From Macrostomum lignano (Eukaryota): a DNA stretch of 64,000 nucleotides. Location of the stretch: assembly GCA_002269645.1 (NCBI GenBank), contig NIVC01000211.1, positions 558,001 to 622,000 of the forward strand. Reading direction: 5' to 3'. This document shows positions 1 through 12,600 of the stretch, piece after piece. The stretch's first letter is position 1; each line of letters begins with the position of its first letter. The notes beneath the pieces were generated by a model. The model saw only the letters and a list, made by a program, of their open reading frames with translations, was not told where the DNA came from and made no database searches. A program made the translations under genes and the position numbers.

Positions 1-672
1 AGACAGTGATTTTTAAAAAAATAAACAAAGCTAAAAATTAATTCCATGAAACAAATTTCGAAAAATGGTTTAAGCGAGTCAGTTCTTTTACCATTTATTT
101 TAATGAAACGTCGAGGTTTCCTGTAGGTAAAAAAACTTTCCTTAGCTAGCTAGTTGTTTAATTGAAACAGCAAAGAAACTTAAGAAAACCTCTGTCAAAA
201 TTTGCTTTTCTGTTACTGACAGAAAAGAATATTTTCACCTCCTCTATCAGTCAATTTTTTCTGTAAGTTCCCAGTTGCACGACTAATATAGTGCATTGCA
301 AGCTTTATAATTATATATTTTTTAAACACAACGGTTAATATTAAACAAAATTGTTCAGAACCTCTTGTAGAAATTAGTTTGTAAACTGACCAACAGCTAT
401 TCATACCACAAAAACCTAGTCCGATTTAATAAAACAATTGTTTTCAATATACGGGCATATATGATACAGTTACAGTTGTACGAACTATAAAGTAGATAAA
501 GTGGCATGCAATATTATTATTTCATTCAAATTTTAAACTCAGAAAAACAAATCAAAAATGTCACTTTCACTATCGTTAGTTCTACACGTCAGAAAGTTTT
601 CGTTAACCGTGAAAGTTACGCTCGTATAATATAGAAAACATTTCAAAGTACACATAGTTAAATATCGGACAT

Positions 673-3600
673 TCAGACCATTTCCGGTTTGGCATACATC
701 GGCAGGTGATAATAGTTGTAGCTGATGTAGTTTAGGAATCTGGTCTCTAGCGCCCGTTTCGCACCGCTCCTGGCGTACTCCTCTTTCACCTGGGCTCGTT
801 GAGCAGTGCTCAGCTGAATATTTTGTTATAAATTATTGAATTATTTATTAGCTACTTCAATTCAAAATGTATCCCTTTCTTAATCCATTCAGCTATTTAA
901 ATAAAGGCAACGGTACCGTAAGGCAAGTAACTAATATATTACAATATCATCTTATTTTTTACTTTAACTTTTATCATATGATTGATTCATAAAACTAATC
1001 GTTTTTATACGTTCTATACTCAAGAGTTTACCCTTGATTTGCATTTACTCATGTATTTTATAAGCATACGAGGCCAACTCCTCCGTTGGCGGAGTAAGGG
1101 GATAGAACTCCCATCGCCAGAATTTCATTCCCTGAAATCCATCAGCTGAATCCAATGACACGAATCTCATCGTCCAAATCCTCTCCAAATCCTCTATTAA
1201 CCTCCCAAAAACCATGTTGTTTTACCTGTTTGCAAAAATTGACTGCCTGCCATCGTCCAGACTGAGAATCTCTCCTGTCTCCTCTCTCCTCTTTGCTCCT
1301 TTATCTAATCTCTTCTCTCTGCTCTCATTTCTCATACTCCTATTTTCTCTCTTACCCTCTCCTTTTTCATCTCTCATTCTTCCCCTCTCCTCTCTACCGT
1401 CTCCTGTCTTATCTCTCCTCTCTCTTCTCTCTCCTCTGTACTCTCTTATCCCTCCTCTCTCCTCCTATCTTTTTTTCTCCCTCCTTTGCTCTCTCATTTT
1501 TCCTCTCTCCCCTCCTTTCTTCCCTCTACATTCTCTTCGCTCTCCCTCTTCATCATTCCCGCCTCACTCCCCTCTTCTCTCCCCTCTGTCGTCTTTAATC
1601 TCTCATCTCTCATATCTACTGTCTTTTCTATCATCTTTCTATCCTCTCTTCTCTCTACTCTCTTATCTGACGGACTGAAAGCGCCGATAATCAAGCCAAT
1701 TGAAATTTGTCACCCGCCTCCTCCATTACTGAAATTACTCAAATGAAAGCTGGCTTGAATTTGTGTACGCAACCCCCCGCCGCCCAACTACAATCTTGGC
1801 AGAAAGTTTAAAAGTATGGAAATCGTTTTTTCAATGCTGTGCTTTTTGTTTTCATATTTAAAGCAAATAACTTACATCCCCGAATTCAGCGTTGCAAGAT
1901 CCTTCCAGCAATATAAGTCTCTTCTCTCAAAGTTTAAAATTCGAGGAACATTTAACGTTTGAACTTCCCGATGTAAAGCATTAAGTATCGCGTGTACATA
2001 CACCTGCCTTCTGTTTATTCATTGAATTTCACTGTCCAGCTAATACACAGGGCTGCCTTTTAAAAGGCGCCGGTAATAAAACCAATTGAATCTCTCTGTT
2101 TACAATGTACTTTGCTATGTACACTCAGCCCAAACCCTCCCCCCCTATTCCTGGGGAATCATTAAATTTTACTGCACCCCCACCCCAACACGCGGTTTTA
2201 TTAGCATTGAACCCAGAACACGCATCACCCACCCCTCCAAAACACAGCGACCCGCGGAAGGAGGTTGGGGTGGTTGTTTTTACAACTATGCCACTGGAGA
2301 GGCAAAGTGGCCAAAGAAGGTTAAGAAAACAGTTTTCTGCTTTTTTAACAGACTTAACTTTTAAATTTTCAACATTAAAATAGCCTATTTGTTGCGTAGG
2401 AAAATTATACATTGATATATATAAGTCTCGCATTTGAGTTGGCAGCCGTCTAGGAGGAGATACGCGTTAAACCCGGCCGGTCGATCGATCCACTCAGCTT
2501 TAGATATAAGAGATCTTAAAGAATTTCGTAATATTCCTTATAATACTCATTACAAAGATATTTATTAATTCTTATCACATACATTTAATACGATACAATG
2601 TGCTCGTCGTTATCATACTACATACTAAAACAAAAAAGTAGTCAAATTTCAAAGCCGCACTTACCCCGATTTCGTCTTCCATTAGTTTCCTGATTTGTTC
2701 TTCAATTGACAGCTTGTCAGGAGCCTTTTGAAATGAAAATTTACAATTAAAGCATTATTAATCAACGGTATTTATTTAATATAATAGATAAAAAAGCATC
2801 TTAAACGGTAGTAATGATGAAAATTAAAACAAATTTCAAGTCGTAGCATACTACGCCTATATACTACGAGTATGTAATTTCAATATACTACGCAGTATAT
2901 TGTACATATAAATAAACAACTACTTGATGTACATTTGTAGCAGAGCTGTAGCCAATCATAAGAAACAGAGACTCACCGGCCTGGTTGACAGAAGGTCTCT
3001 TAATTCGTCGCGGAAATCATGGAACCGGTCGTGGTAGAAGGCCAGAGCCCAGGTCTCGTTAAAGAATCTGCAGAAGAAAAAATACAATACAATTATCCAC
3101 GATCGTTTTAATCTGGAAAACCTAATTAGCATGTAATGCGGACTCACTCGAAGAAATCCGGCACCAGCTTCTCCTTGAAGCGACTGGCCAAGTTGTTCAA
3201 CAGGCGCTGGTGCAAGCCGTAAAGTTGAATGTAGTTCTTGTAGGGAAACGGCTGAAATCAACGTTTTTGTACTGATTGGATTGGCTGGAAAATGTACTTT
3301 AAATTGCGCAATGTAAAGTAAACTGTAGTGCATATTGTAGTTTTATGGAATTACATATCCAACTTGACACTAGAATGCACATTATAAATTAAATGCACGT
3401 AAACTGTAAACTGAATGTAATTTTGAAACTTGCATCGAATGATATACTACTACAGTAAAATTTAAAGTGGATATGTACATTACAAGATGTACACTATTTG
3501 TGACGAATACATGGAAACGTTCTTTAGAAGATACGCATAAAAGTACAGAGTTTTGACATGGAAAAGTAAACTATAGATTGTATATTATAAAGTACCTTGA

Positions 3601-6600
3601 ATTGTTCACTATAACGTACACTGGAATGTACATCAGAAAGTACAATAATAAGTATACTAAAAAGTACACTGGAATGTACATCAGAAAGCACATTATTAAT
3701 GATACTATATAAAGTACACTGGAATGTACATCAAAAAGTACATTAAAAATTTATACTATAAAGTACAATGGAATGTACATCAGAAAGTACATTAATCATT
3801 ATACTTTAAAGTACACTGTAATGTACATCAGAAAGTACATTAATCATTATACTATAAAGTACACTGTAATGTACATAAAAAATACAATAAATTGTACACT
3901 AAAACGTACTCTATAATGTACACTCCAAATGTACAAAAAGACTCACCTCGCGGCTGAGGCAAGTGATCGAATCAATCTTGTCGTACTGGTTCAGGTGCAG
4001 CCTGAAGTAGCTGCCCTCCTTGGTGCAGGTCTTCAAATAGCGACCCTCGTCGCCAACAGTCGGGTGCAGGTAGTCAGCAATGGTGGGGCTGGTCACGTGC
4101 AGGTAGTGATAACCGCCCGGCAGTCTGGCGCCGGACAATTTCGGCGTGTGTCCGAACTGGGGGATGAGCTTGGCCGGCTCCGGTGGCGGCTCGGTGTCCT
4201 GGTCCAGAGTGGGGTCGAACAGGCGCAGCAGGGCGTGGGCGAGCTGCGATTTGATATGTCGGTTGGGTGGAATATGGACATTGATGATCTTCCAAATATG
4301 GATATTAATAAAATTCTAAATATAAAAATTAATGAGGTTCCAAATATGGAAATTAATAAGGCTCCAAATATTGAAGTTAATGAGGTTCCAAATATGGAAG
4401 TTAATGAGTTTCCAAATATGGAAGTTAATGAGTTTCCAAATATGGAAGTTAATGAGGTTTCAAATATGGAAATTATTGAGGTTCCAAATATGGAAATTAA
4501 TAAGGCTCCAAATATGGAAGTTAATGAGGTTCCAAATATGGAAATTAGTAAGGCTCCAAATATGGAAGTTAATGAGGTTCCAAATGTGGAAGCTAATGAG
4601 GTTCCAAATATGAAAATTAATGAGGTTCCAAATATGGAGGTTAATAAGGCTCCAAATATGGAAGGTAATGAGGCTCCAAATATGGAAGTTAATGAGGTTC
4701 CAAATATGGAAGTTAATGAGTTTCCAAATATGGAAGTTAATGAGTTTCCAAATATGGAAGTTAATGAGTTTCCAAATATGGAAGTTAATGAGGTTTCAAA
4801 TATGGAAATTATTGAGGTTCCAAATATGGAAATTAATAAGGCTCCAAATATGGAAGTTAATGAGGTTCCAAATATGGAAATTAGTAAGGCTCCAAATATG
4901 GAAGTTAATGAGGTTCCAAATGTGGAAGCTAATGAGGTTCCAAATATGGAAATTAATGAGGTTCCAAATATGGAGGTTAATAAGGCTCCAAATATGGAAG
5001 GTAATGAGGTTCCAAATATGGAAGTTAATGAGGTTCCAAATATGGAATTTAATGAGGTTCCAAATATGGAAGTTAATGAGTTTCCAAATATGGAAGTTAA
5101 TGAGTTTCCAAATATGGAAGTTAATGAGTTTCCAAATATGGAAGTTAATGAGTTTCCAAATATGGAAGTTAATGAGTTTCCAAATATGGAAGTTAATGAG
5201 TTTCCAAATATGGAAGTTAATGAGTTTCCAAATATGGAAGTTAATGAGTTTCCAAATATGGAAGTTAATGAGTTTCCAAATATGGAAGTTAATGAGGTTC
5301 CAAATGTGGAAATTAATGAGGTTCCAAATGTGGAAGCTAATGAGGTTCCAAATATGGAAATTAATGAGGTTCCAAATTTGGAAGCTAATGAGGTTCCAAA
5401 TATGGAAGTTAATGAGGTTCCAAATGTGGACATTCATGAGACGCCATGATTACCCTTCTTTAACCCCAAGACAGCGCCACAATAAGAAATCAAGAAAAAA
5501 CTTGAAAAGCTCTCACCTGCTCGCCAACAATTTTGCTATTGAAGCTGGCGTGACTCCAGTTGTCGGCGTGATAGGCCCGTTGAAATTTGGTGACTGGTCC
5601 GGCGGCTCGGATGGCCACGTCGTTGGTGTGAAAGTTGGCGTCAATCACCAGCCGACCGTCGAATACGAGGCAGGCGTCGTTCACGGCCGTGAAGCAGTCG
5701 AAATCGACGCCCAGACGTTGATAGGCGAACAGAGCCTGTTGGTGAATTGTGACTTGAATTGTAAACAGGGTGACTTAAAAAATAATGAATTGCAGAATCA
5801 GTGAATGAAAAATTGGTAATTTGAAAAAAATTGGTGAATTGGAAAAATAGGAGAAATGAAGAAATTAGTGAATTTGAGAAATTGATAAATTGGAGAAATT
5901 GGTGAATTAGAGAAATTTAATAAATTGGCAAAATTGGTGAATTGGAGAAGTTGGAAAGTTAAAGAAATTGGTTAATTAGAGAAATCGGTGAATTGGAGAA
6001 ATTGGTGAATTGGAGAAATTGGTGAATTGGAGAAATTGGTAAATTAGAGAAATTGGTGAATTAGAGAAATTAGTGAAATGGAGAAATTGGTGAATTAAAG
6101 AAATTGTCTAATTAGAGAAATTGGTGAATTCGAGAAATTGGTGAATTGGAGAAATTGGTAAACTTGAAAAATTGGTGAATTGGAGAAATGGGTGAATTAG
6201 AGAAATTGGTGAAATGGAGAAATTGGTGAATTAAAAATATTGGTGAAGTGGAGAAATTGGTGAATTAGAAATATTGGTGAAGTGGAGAAATTGGTGAATT
6301 GGAAAAATGGTAAAATAGAAAAACTGGTGAATCGGAAAGAGTTGGTGATTCGAAAGATCTGACAATGGTTAATCTGCTATCTAGGTATTGGTGAACCGGA
6401 GATCTGGCAACTCACGCAGCAGTCCAGGTGGACCTCCCGTTTGCCGTCTTCACTAACAAAGGTGAGCAGCTCCAGCTGCCTCGGCTCGGGCTCTTCATCA
6501 TTCCACTGCTGAAGCCGGTAGCCACGGTGGGCCGCCACACCGGAGGCGTGGAGGGCGGCCTCAACCTGCGTCTCCACGTGATCATCGTGCTCGAACGGGT

Positions 6601-9600
6601 TCGGCTAGAAATTGGTTTTGAAGGGAGAAGCGGCGCAATGAATCTTGAGAGCTTGTTGGCTGGGGAATCCCTTCGCTACGCAATAGAACTGGGGAACCCC
6701 TTGGCAACAGCTTTTAAATGGGGGAATTCCTTAGCAACCCTTTTAAAACGAGGGAATCCCTTAGCAACCATTTTCAAACAGGGGAATCCTTTAGCAACAT
6801 TTTTAAAACAAGGGAATACCTTAGCAACACTTTCAAACGAGGGAATCCCTTAGCAACCCTTTTAAAACGAGGGAATCCCTTAGAAACACCGTTAAAACGG
6901 GGAATCCCTTAGCAACCATTTTCAAACTGGGGAATCCCTTAGCAACGCTGTTCAAACGGAGGAATCCCTTAGCAATACCCTTAAAACGGTGGAATCCCTT
7001 AACAACACTGTTCAAATGGGGAAATCCTTTGGTAAAACTCTTCATACTGGGGAATCCCCTAGCAACGCTTTTCAAATCGGGAAATCCCTTGGCATCACCC
7101 TTCAAACGGGGGAAACCTATTTTGACAACATTCTTCAAACAGGGGAATCCCTTAGCAATACTGTTCAAACTGGGGAATCCCTTAGCAACACTGTTAAAAG
7201 GGGGGAATCCCTTAGCAACACTCTAAAAACTGGGGAATCTCTTAGCAACGCTGTTTAAACCAAGGAATCTCATGACAGTGGTGTTTAAACTTTGGAATTC
7301 TCGCCCTAGCAACTAACCGAGTCCGGGTCCAGCACTCTAACGATGCTCTGCGGTCGAACGCCGGCCTCAAGCAGAGCCTGAACGCAGGCGTAAGCGTCCA
7401 GACTGCGGCCATAGACGATGAGTTTGCCCTCCAGCCGTTGCTTGTCCAGCCGCCTGTCCAGCCAATGCAGAGCCGCTGCCGCGTCGAAAGGATCGTTGAT
7501 GCAGAACATGTTCCTCGGCCGGTGCGGTGGCAAGCGCTTGGCGCTGAGCATCTGGCGCTGACTTGGCGCCTTCTTCAACGGCGCAACCGGTTGATATTGA
7601 AGGCCGGTGGATAGGATTAGGTAGTCGTAGGGCACCCTGGCAGTTCCGTTGACCGTGATCACCTTGCGTTTGCGATCGATTTTAGTCATACGGCCGTAGA
7701 CAACACTGACCCAGGTGCGCAGGGACATGCAAGCGTAGTCACGGCTGTCATAGATTAAGCTGAAAAAGCGGCGAAAGCGATGACGCTAAAGTACCTGTGC
7801 ACTAATCAGTATGAGTGCTAGTGCACTAATTAGTATGAGTGCTAGTGCACTAATCCGTGTGTACAAGTGCTAGTGCACTAATCCGTGTGTATAAGTGCTT
7901 CTGCACTAATCGGTGTGTATAAGTGCTAGTGCACTAATTAGTATGAGTGCTAGTGCACTAATCAGTGTGTATGAGTGCTAGTGCACTAATCAGTGTGTAT
8001 AAGTGCTAGTGCACTAATCAGTGTGTATGAGTGCTAGTGCACTAATCCGTGTGTATAAGTGCTTCTGCACTAATCGGTGTGTATAAGTGCTAGTACACTA
8101 ATTAGTATGAGTGCTAGTGCACTAATCAGTGTGTATGAGTGCTAGTGCACTAATCAGTGTGTATAAGTGCTAGTGCACTAATCAGTGTGTATGAGTGCTA
8201 GTGCACTAATCAGTGTGTATAAGTGCTAATGCACTAATCAGTGTGTATAAGTGCTAATGCACTAATCAGTGTGTATAAGTGCTAGTGCACTAATCAGTGT
8301 GTATAAGTGCTAATACACTAATCAGTGTGTATAAGTGCTAATGCACTAATCAGTGTGTATAAGTGCTAGTGCACTAATCCGTGTGTATAAGTGCTAGTAC
8401 ACTAATCCGTGTGTACAAGTGCTAGTGCACTAATCGGTGTGTATAAGTGCAAGTGCACTAATCCGTGTGTATAAGTGCTAGTGCACTAATCAGTGTCCAG
8501 TTATCTGAGACTACAAGAGCACCAATAAAACGATTCCACTCACCCAGACGCGGTCATGCACTCTCTCTGTTCATCTGGCTCCAAGTCACCGGGCAGACCG
8601 TGAGGCGACACCAGAATCAAGTTGTTGAATCGTAGATGCGGACTGAAATTATTGAAACATTAATCGTTAAAAATAACCGCTATTTAAACAACAAATTTTG
8701 ATTGATTTATTGTCCTCAGCTCACCAGAAGGCCAAAGTCTCCAAGAAGCTGATGCCTGTTGACGAAGCTCCCACCACGACAATCCTAGCATTGACGGTCA
8801 CTTTTGGCTCGTAGATCAACTTTCTATTGATGTGATTCAGCGCGAACGCCTGCTGCTCCATCAGGACTCGTTCGGATGGAGCGTTGCCGCCCAGCTTCTC
8901 GAGCGGGTATTGAATCTGGCGTCGGGCTCGGACAGGTACAAAGTAGCTCAGCGCAGTCGGTTGGCTGTATTTGGCACGGAGCTCCTCAGGAGCAGAGCTC
9001 GGGTACACCGGATAGCTCAGGCAGGTTTTGTCACCAAGGCGCATTATTTCCTGCGAATGAGCGCATGAATCAGTGTTGACTTGAACTGCATGGTTAGTAC
9101 ATTTATTAAAAGTACATTTTCTATCTGAATAAAATGTGCAAAGTTAAATTCTGAAGTACATAATAAAAGTACAATTTTAGGGTACATCGTAAAAGTACAT
9201 TACCCAGAAATACTTTTATAGTAAACTATAAAGTAGATTTCTAAAGTATATTATATAGTACATTTTTAAGTACATTTCCAAACAACATTTTGAAATACAA
9301 CTCTAAAGTACAGTTTAAAAGAAGAGTTCAAAACTAAGTAAAAGTACAATTCTAGTTGAGTGCGATATTGAAAAGATTTTTTTTGGAATTCAAGTTTGTT
9401 ATAATCCTTTTTTAACCTTACGATCTCGTAAATTCTAGATTTAAGTTTTAAAGTATAATTGCTACTTTAGATATTTACTTCAATAAAACCATATTTTACT
9501 CCGTTAGTTTATTTTTTAAGAGTTATTTTAATCAAAAACTGGAATCTCGGCTTGGCTCTGCTCGTGCAATTAACACCCAGTTTGAGGTCCAACCCCCAAG

Positions 9601-12600
9601 GCGCAGTGAAGTGTACATGCCTAACGATAAATAAAGTCAGGGCCGCTGTACACTCCTGTGTGAGTGTGTGCCTGTGCGTTTGACTGCGTACGTATCCGCG
9701 CGCTTGTGTGCCTGCTCAGGGGAGTCGGCGGAATGGGCAGCAATGCCTCTCGCCGGTTGTGTGTCTATGTCGCTTAAAGTGCGCCAGGGTGCACTCAACC
9801 CCCCTGCCTCTAATAAAATAACCTTTTTAGTTAGTTCGTATAAACAATGTAGTTACAAACTTCTTTTCATTAGTATACTTCAAGTCTCACCTTAATAAAC
9901 AGCTTAGAGAAGTGATTAAAGATCGGGTTCACAGCGAGATGATACAGCCTGGCGTGCTCGTCCTTCCTGTGATGATTGTAGTAAATAAAATCTTCGATGT
10001 TGTAGTGCGAGCGCATGTACATCGCGTCTGAGTCGGCCTCCTTGCGCATGATGCCGACGCCGACCAGCTGGCCGAGGCAGTGGGCCACGAATGCCTGGAT
10101 CTGCTCTCCGTGCTGCCCGATGGATTCAGTAGGATTAAATATAGAAGTAAGGAAATTTTCGGCTTCTGGGGAAACCCACTATGTACATTCAGTTGTTTAG
10201 TGAAATCCTGCTATGTACATTCAGTTGTTGGGGAATCTCACTATGTACATTTAGTTGTTTGGGAGTCCCTGCTATGTACATTCAGGTGTTGGGGAATCCC
10301 ACTGTGTACAGCCAGTTTTTGTACATTCTTTTTGTTCTTTAGTTTTTGTTCATACCCACAATGTATATTCAGTTGTTTGAAGAATCCCACTATGTACATT
10401 CAGTTGTTTGAAGAATCCCACTATGTACATTCAGTTGTTTGAAGAATCCCACTATGTACATTCAGTTTTTGGGGGGAATCCTACTATGTACATTCAATAG
10501 TTTAGGGAATCCCATTATGTACATTTTGTAGTTTTGGGAATCCCACTATGTAGATTCAGTCGTTTGGGGAATCCTACTATGTCTCGTACATTTAGTAGTT
10601 TGGGTAATACTACAACACATTCAGCTGTACATTCTTATCTGCCAATGACCCGCAATCCTCACCTTGACCGGATCCCTCTTGAAATTCAGGAACAAGTCGA
10701 AGTCCTTCAGCAGGCTGGACTTCAGACGCAGCGAATTGACCAATCGAGCGACAGACGGCCTGTCGGCAGGTTTCGCCGCCCGAACCTCCAGATTGCAGGC
10801 CAGGCCGCCACGGTGGAACACGTACAGTTCCTGGTTGAGGGTGCAGTTCGGTTTTGGCGTCACCCTGACGAAGCTCTGCAGCAGGGAGAACTCCGGCACC
10901 ATAGTCGGCACCGTGATGATTGCAAAGTCGGCGTCGGGAAAAAGTCGGAACACGTGCGGCAGAAAGTCCACCGAGCGGGGATCCTGCGCCTCGGCGATGG
11001 CGAACAGTTGAATAACGACTGCGTTTGACTCGCCGTGGTACACCGGCTGGAAGTTGCGGGCCACTCTGGCCGCCGCGGTGTTCGGCGGAACCTCCGGGCT
11101 GAGCGACTTCGGCGAGGCGATCGGCGTCATCACGATGCCCTCCTCGTCTTCCTCCTCTTCCGGTTCCTCCTCAGCCTCCTCGGCTGCTTCATTTTCGGCG
11201 TTTTCTTCATCAACTTCGTCGATACGTCGATCGTCGTCCTCATTCAGCAGGGAGCTCTTAGCGCTGGCGGCCACCGCGTCGGAGAGTTTCTCGGCTGTCT
11301 CGACGGCGTCGGGTCCTGTGGCAGCTTCGCCACCTTCAGCGGCACCTTTTTCGGAGCCGGCTGCAGAGCCGCTTCTCTGGGAAGAGGTCGGCCGCGCATC
11401 GACGGCGGCGGCGTCTTCAACAACGTCGGCCGGCGTCGGTGTTCTCGGCGGCACAGCCTAGAAATGAGTTAAAGATTAGCGAATAAACAATGAGAATGTA
11501 TTTTGATAAGCAATTCGATTTGGAATGATTAATACAAGATTATATGACCTTACGGATAACCAAACAAGGGTTGCTGTTAGCTTTCAATGATCAACAAGAA
11601 CTAGTATGACCTACGAATGACCAACAACAACAAGTATGACCTATGAATGACCAACAACAACTAGCCTAATCTATTAATGAACAACAACAACTAGTATAAC
11701 CTACCAATGACCAACAACAACAAGTATGACCTACGAATTATCAACAATAACTAGTATGACCTACGAATGACCAACAACAACAAGTGCGACCTACAAATGA
11801 CCAACAACAACAAGTATGACCTATGAATGACCAACAACAACAAGTATGACCTATGAATGACCAACAACAACCAGATACGACTAATGTAAACCTGTCCGAC
11901 CTAAAATGATCTAATTGAACTGGTATGACCTAAGCAATGACCAGAATGAACCAGTATGAGCAAGACCTGGTCATCCGGATGAGGCTTTCTCAATCCGTGA
12001 AAGGGCGCCAGCTCGTAGCACTGGTTCAGCAGGTCCAAGTTGATCTCGCTGGTGACGCTCATGAAGCCCACGGCTTTGCCTTTGACCTCGCAGGCCAAGC
12101 AGCGCATGCTGTCGTCCTGACCTGCGATCAGCTCCGCCAGAAAATACTCGCCATAGGTTCGAGTCAGAATTTCGCTCTGCTGATTGAAGATCGGCGTCAG
12201 GTCGTCGTGATCCTCGACCAGCGCCGGTCGAATGTGCAGCGTTGGCACGTGGGCGTGACGGGGGAGCCCGAAGACAGTGCAGTCGCTGGGGTGGTGACCG
12301 CCAGAGCGGAGTTCGCATTGAGAGAACTGCTGGTCCAGGGCGGCGTCTGAGGCAGGGGGGGGGGGGGAGAGGCATCGCGGCGATAATTAGGATTAAAAAA
12401 ACAATAATATTGTTAAGATTCTCGAATTCTTTCGATTTATAGAAATATTTTTTCTGGATTCTTAGAATTGTCTTCTCTGGATTCTTAGAAATCTTTTCTC
12501 TGGATTCTTAGAATTGTCTTCTCTGGATTCTTAGAAATCTCTTTTATGGATTCTTAGAAATCTCTTTTATGGATTCTTAGAAATTCCTTTCTTAGGATTC

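Noticed and set aside
1074-1135. HDV-like ribozyme or pseudoknot (gccaac tcctcc gttggc ggag)
   Set aside because: A hairpin and possible loop pairing exist, but I could not find P1, P2 or the J4/2 catalytic strand.
2047-2450. MITE bounded by cagggctgcc ... ggcagccgtc
   Set aside because: The inverted match is only about 7/10 and no target-site duplication is evident.
3929-5449. 506-aa plus-strand ORF and overlapping 446/394/213-aa ORFs
   Set aside because: They consist of the antisense of CFAP61 exon 11 plus a stop-free 24-bp intronic array; no evidence of an independent gene.
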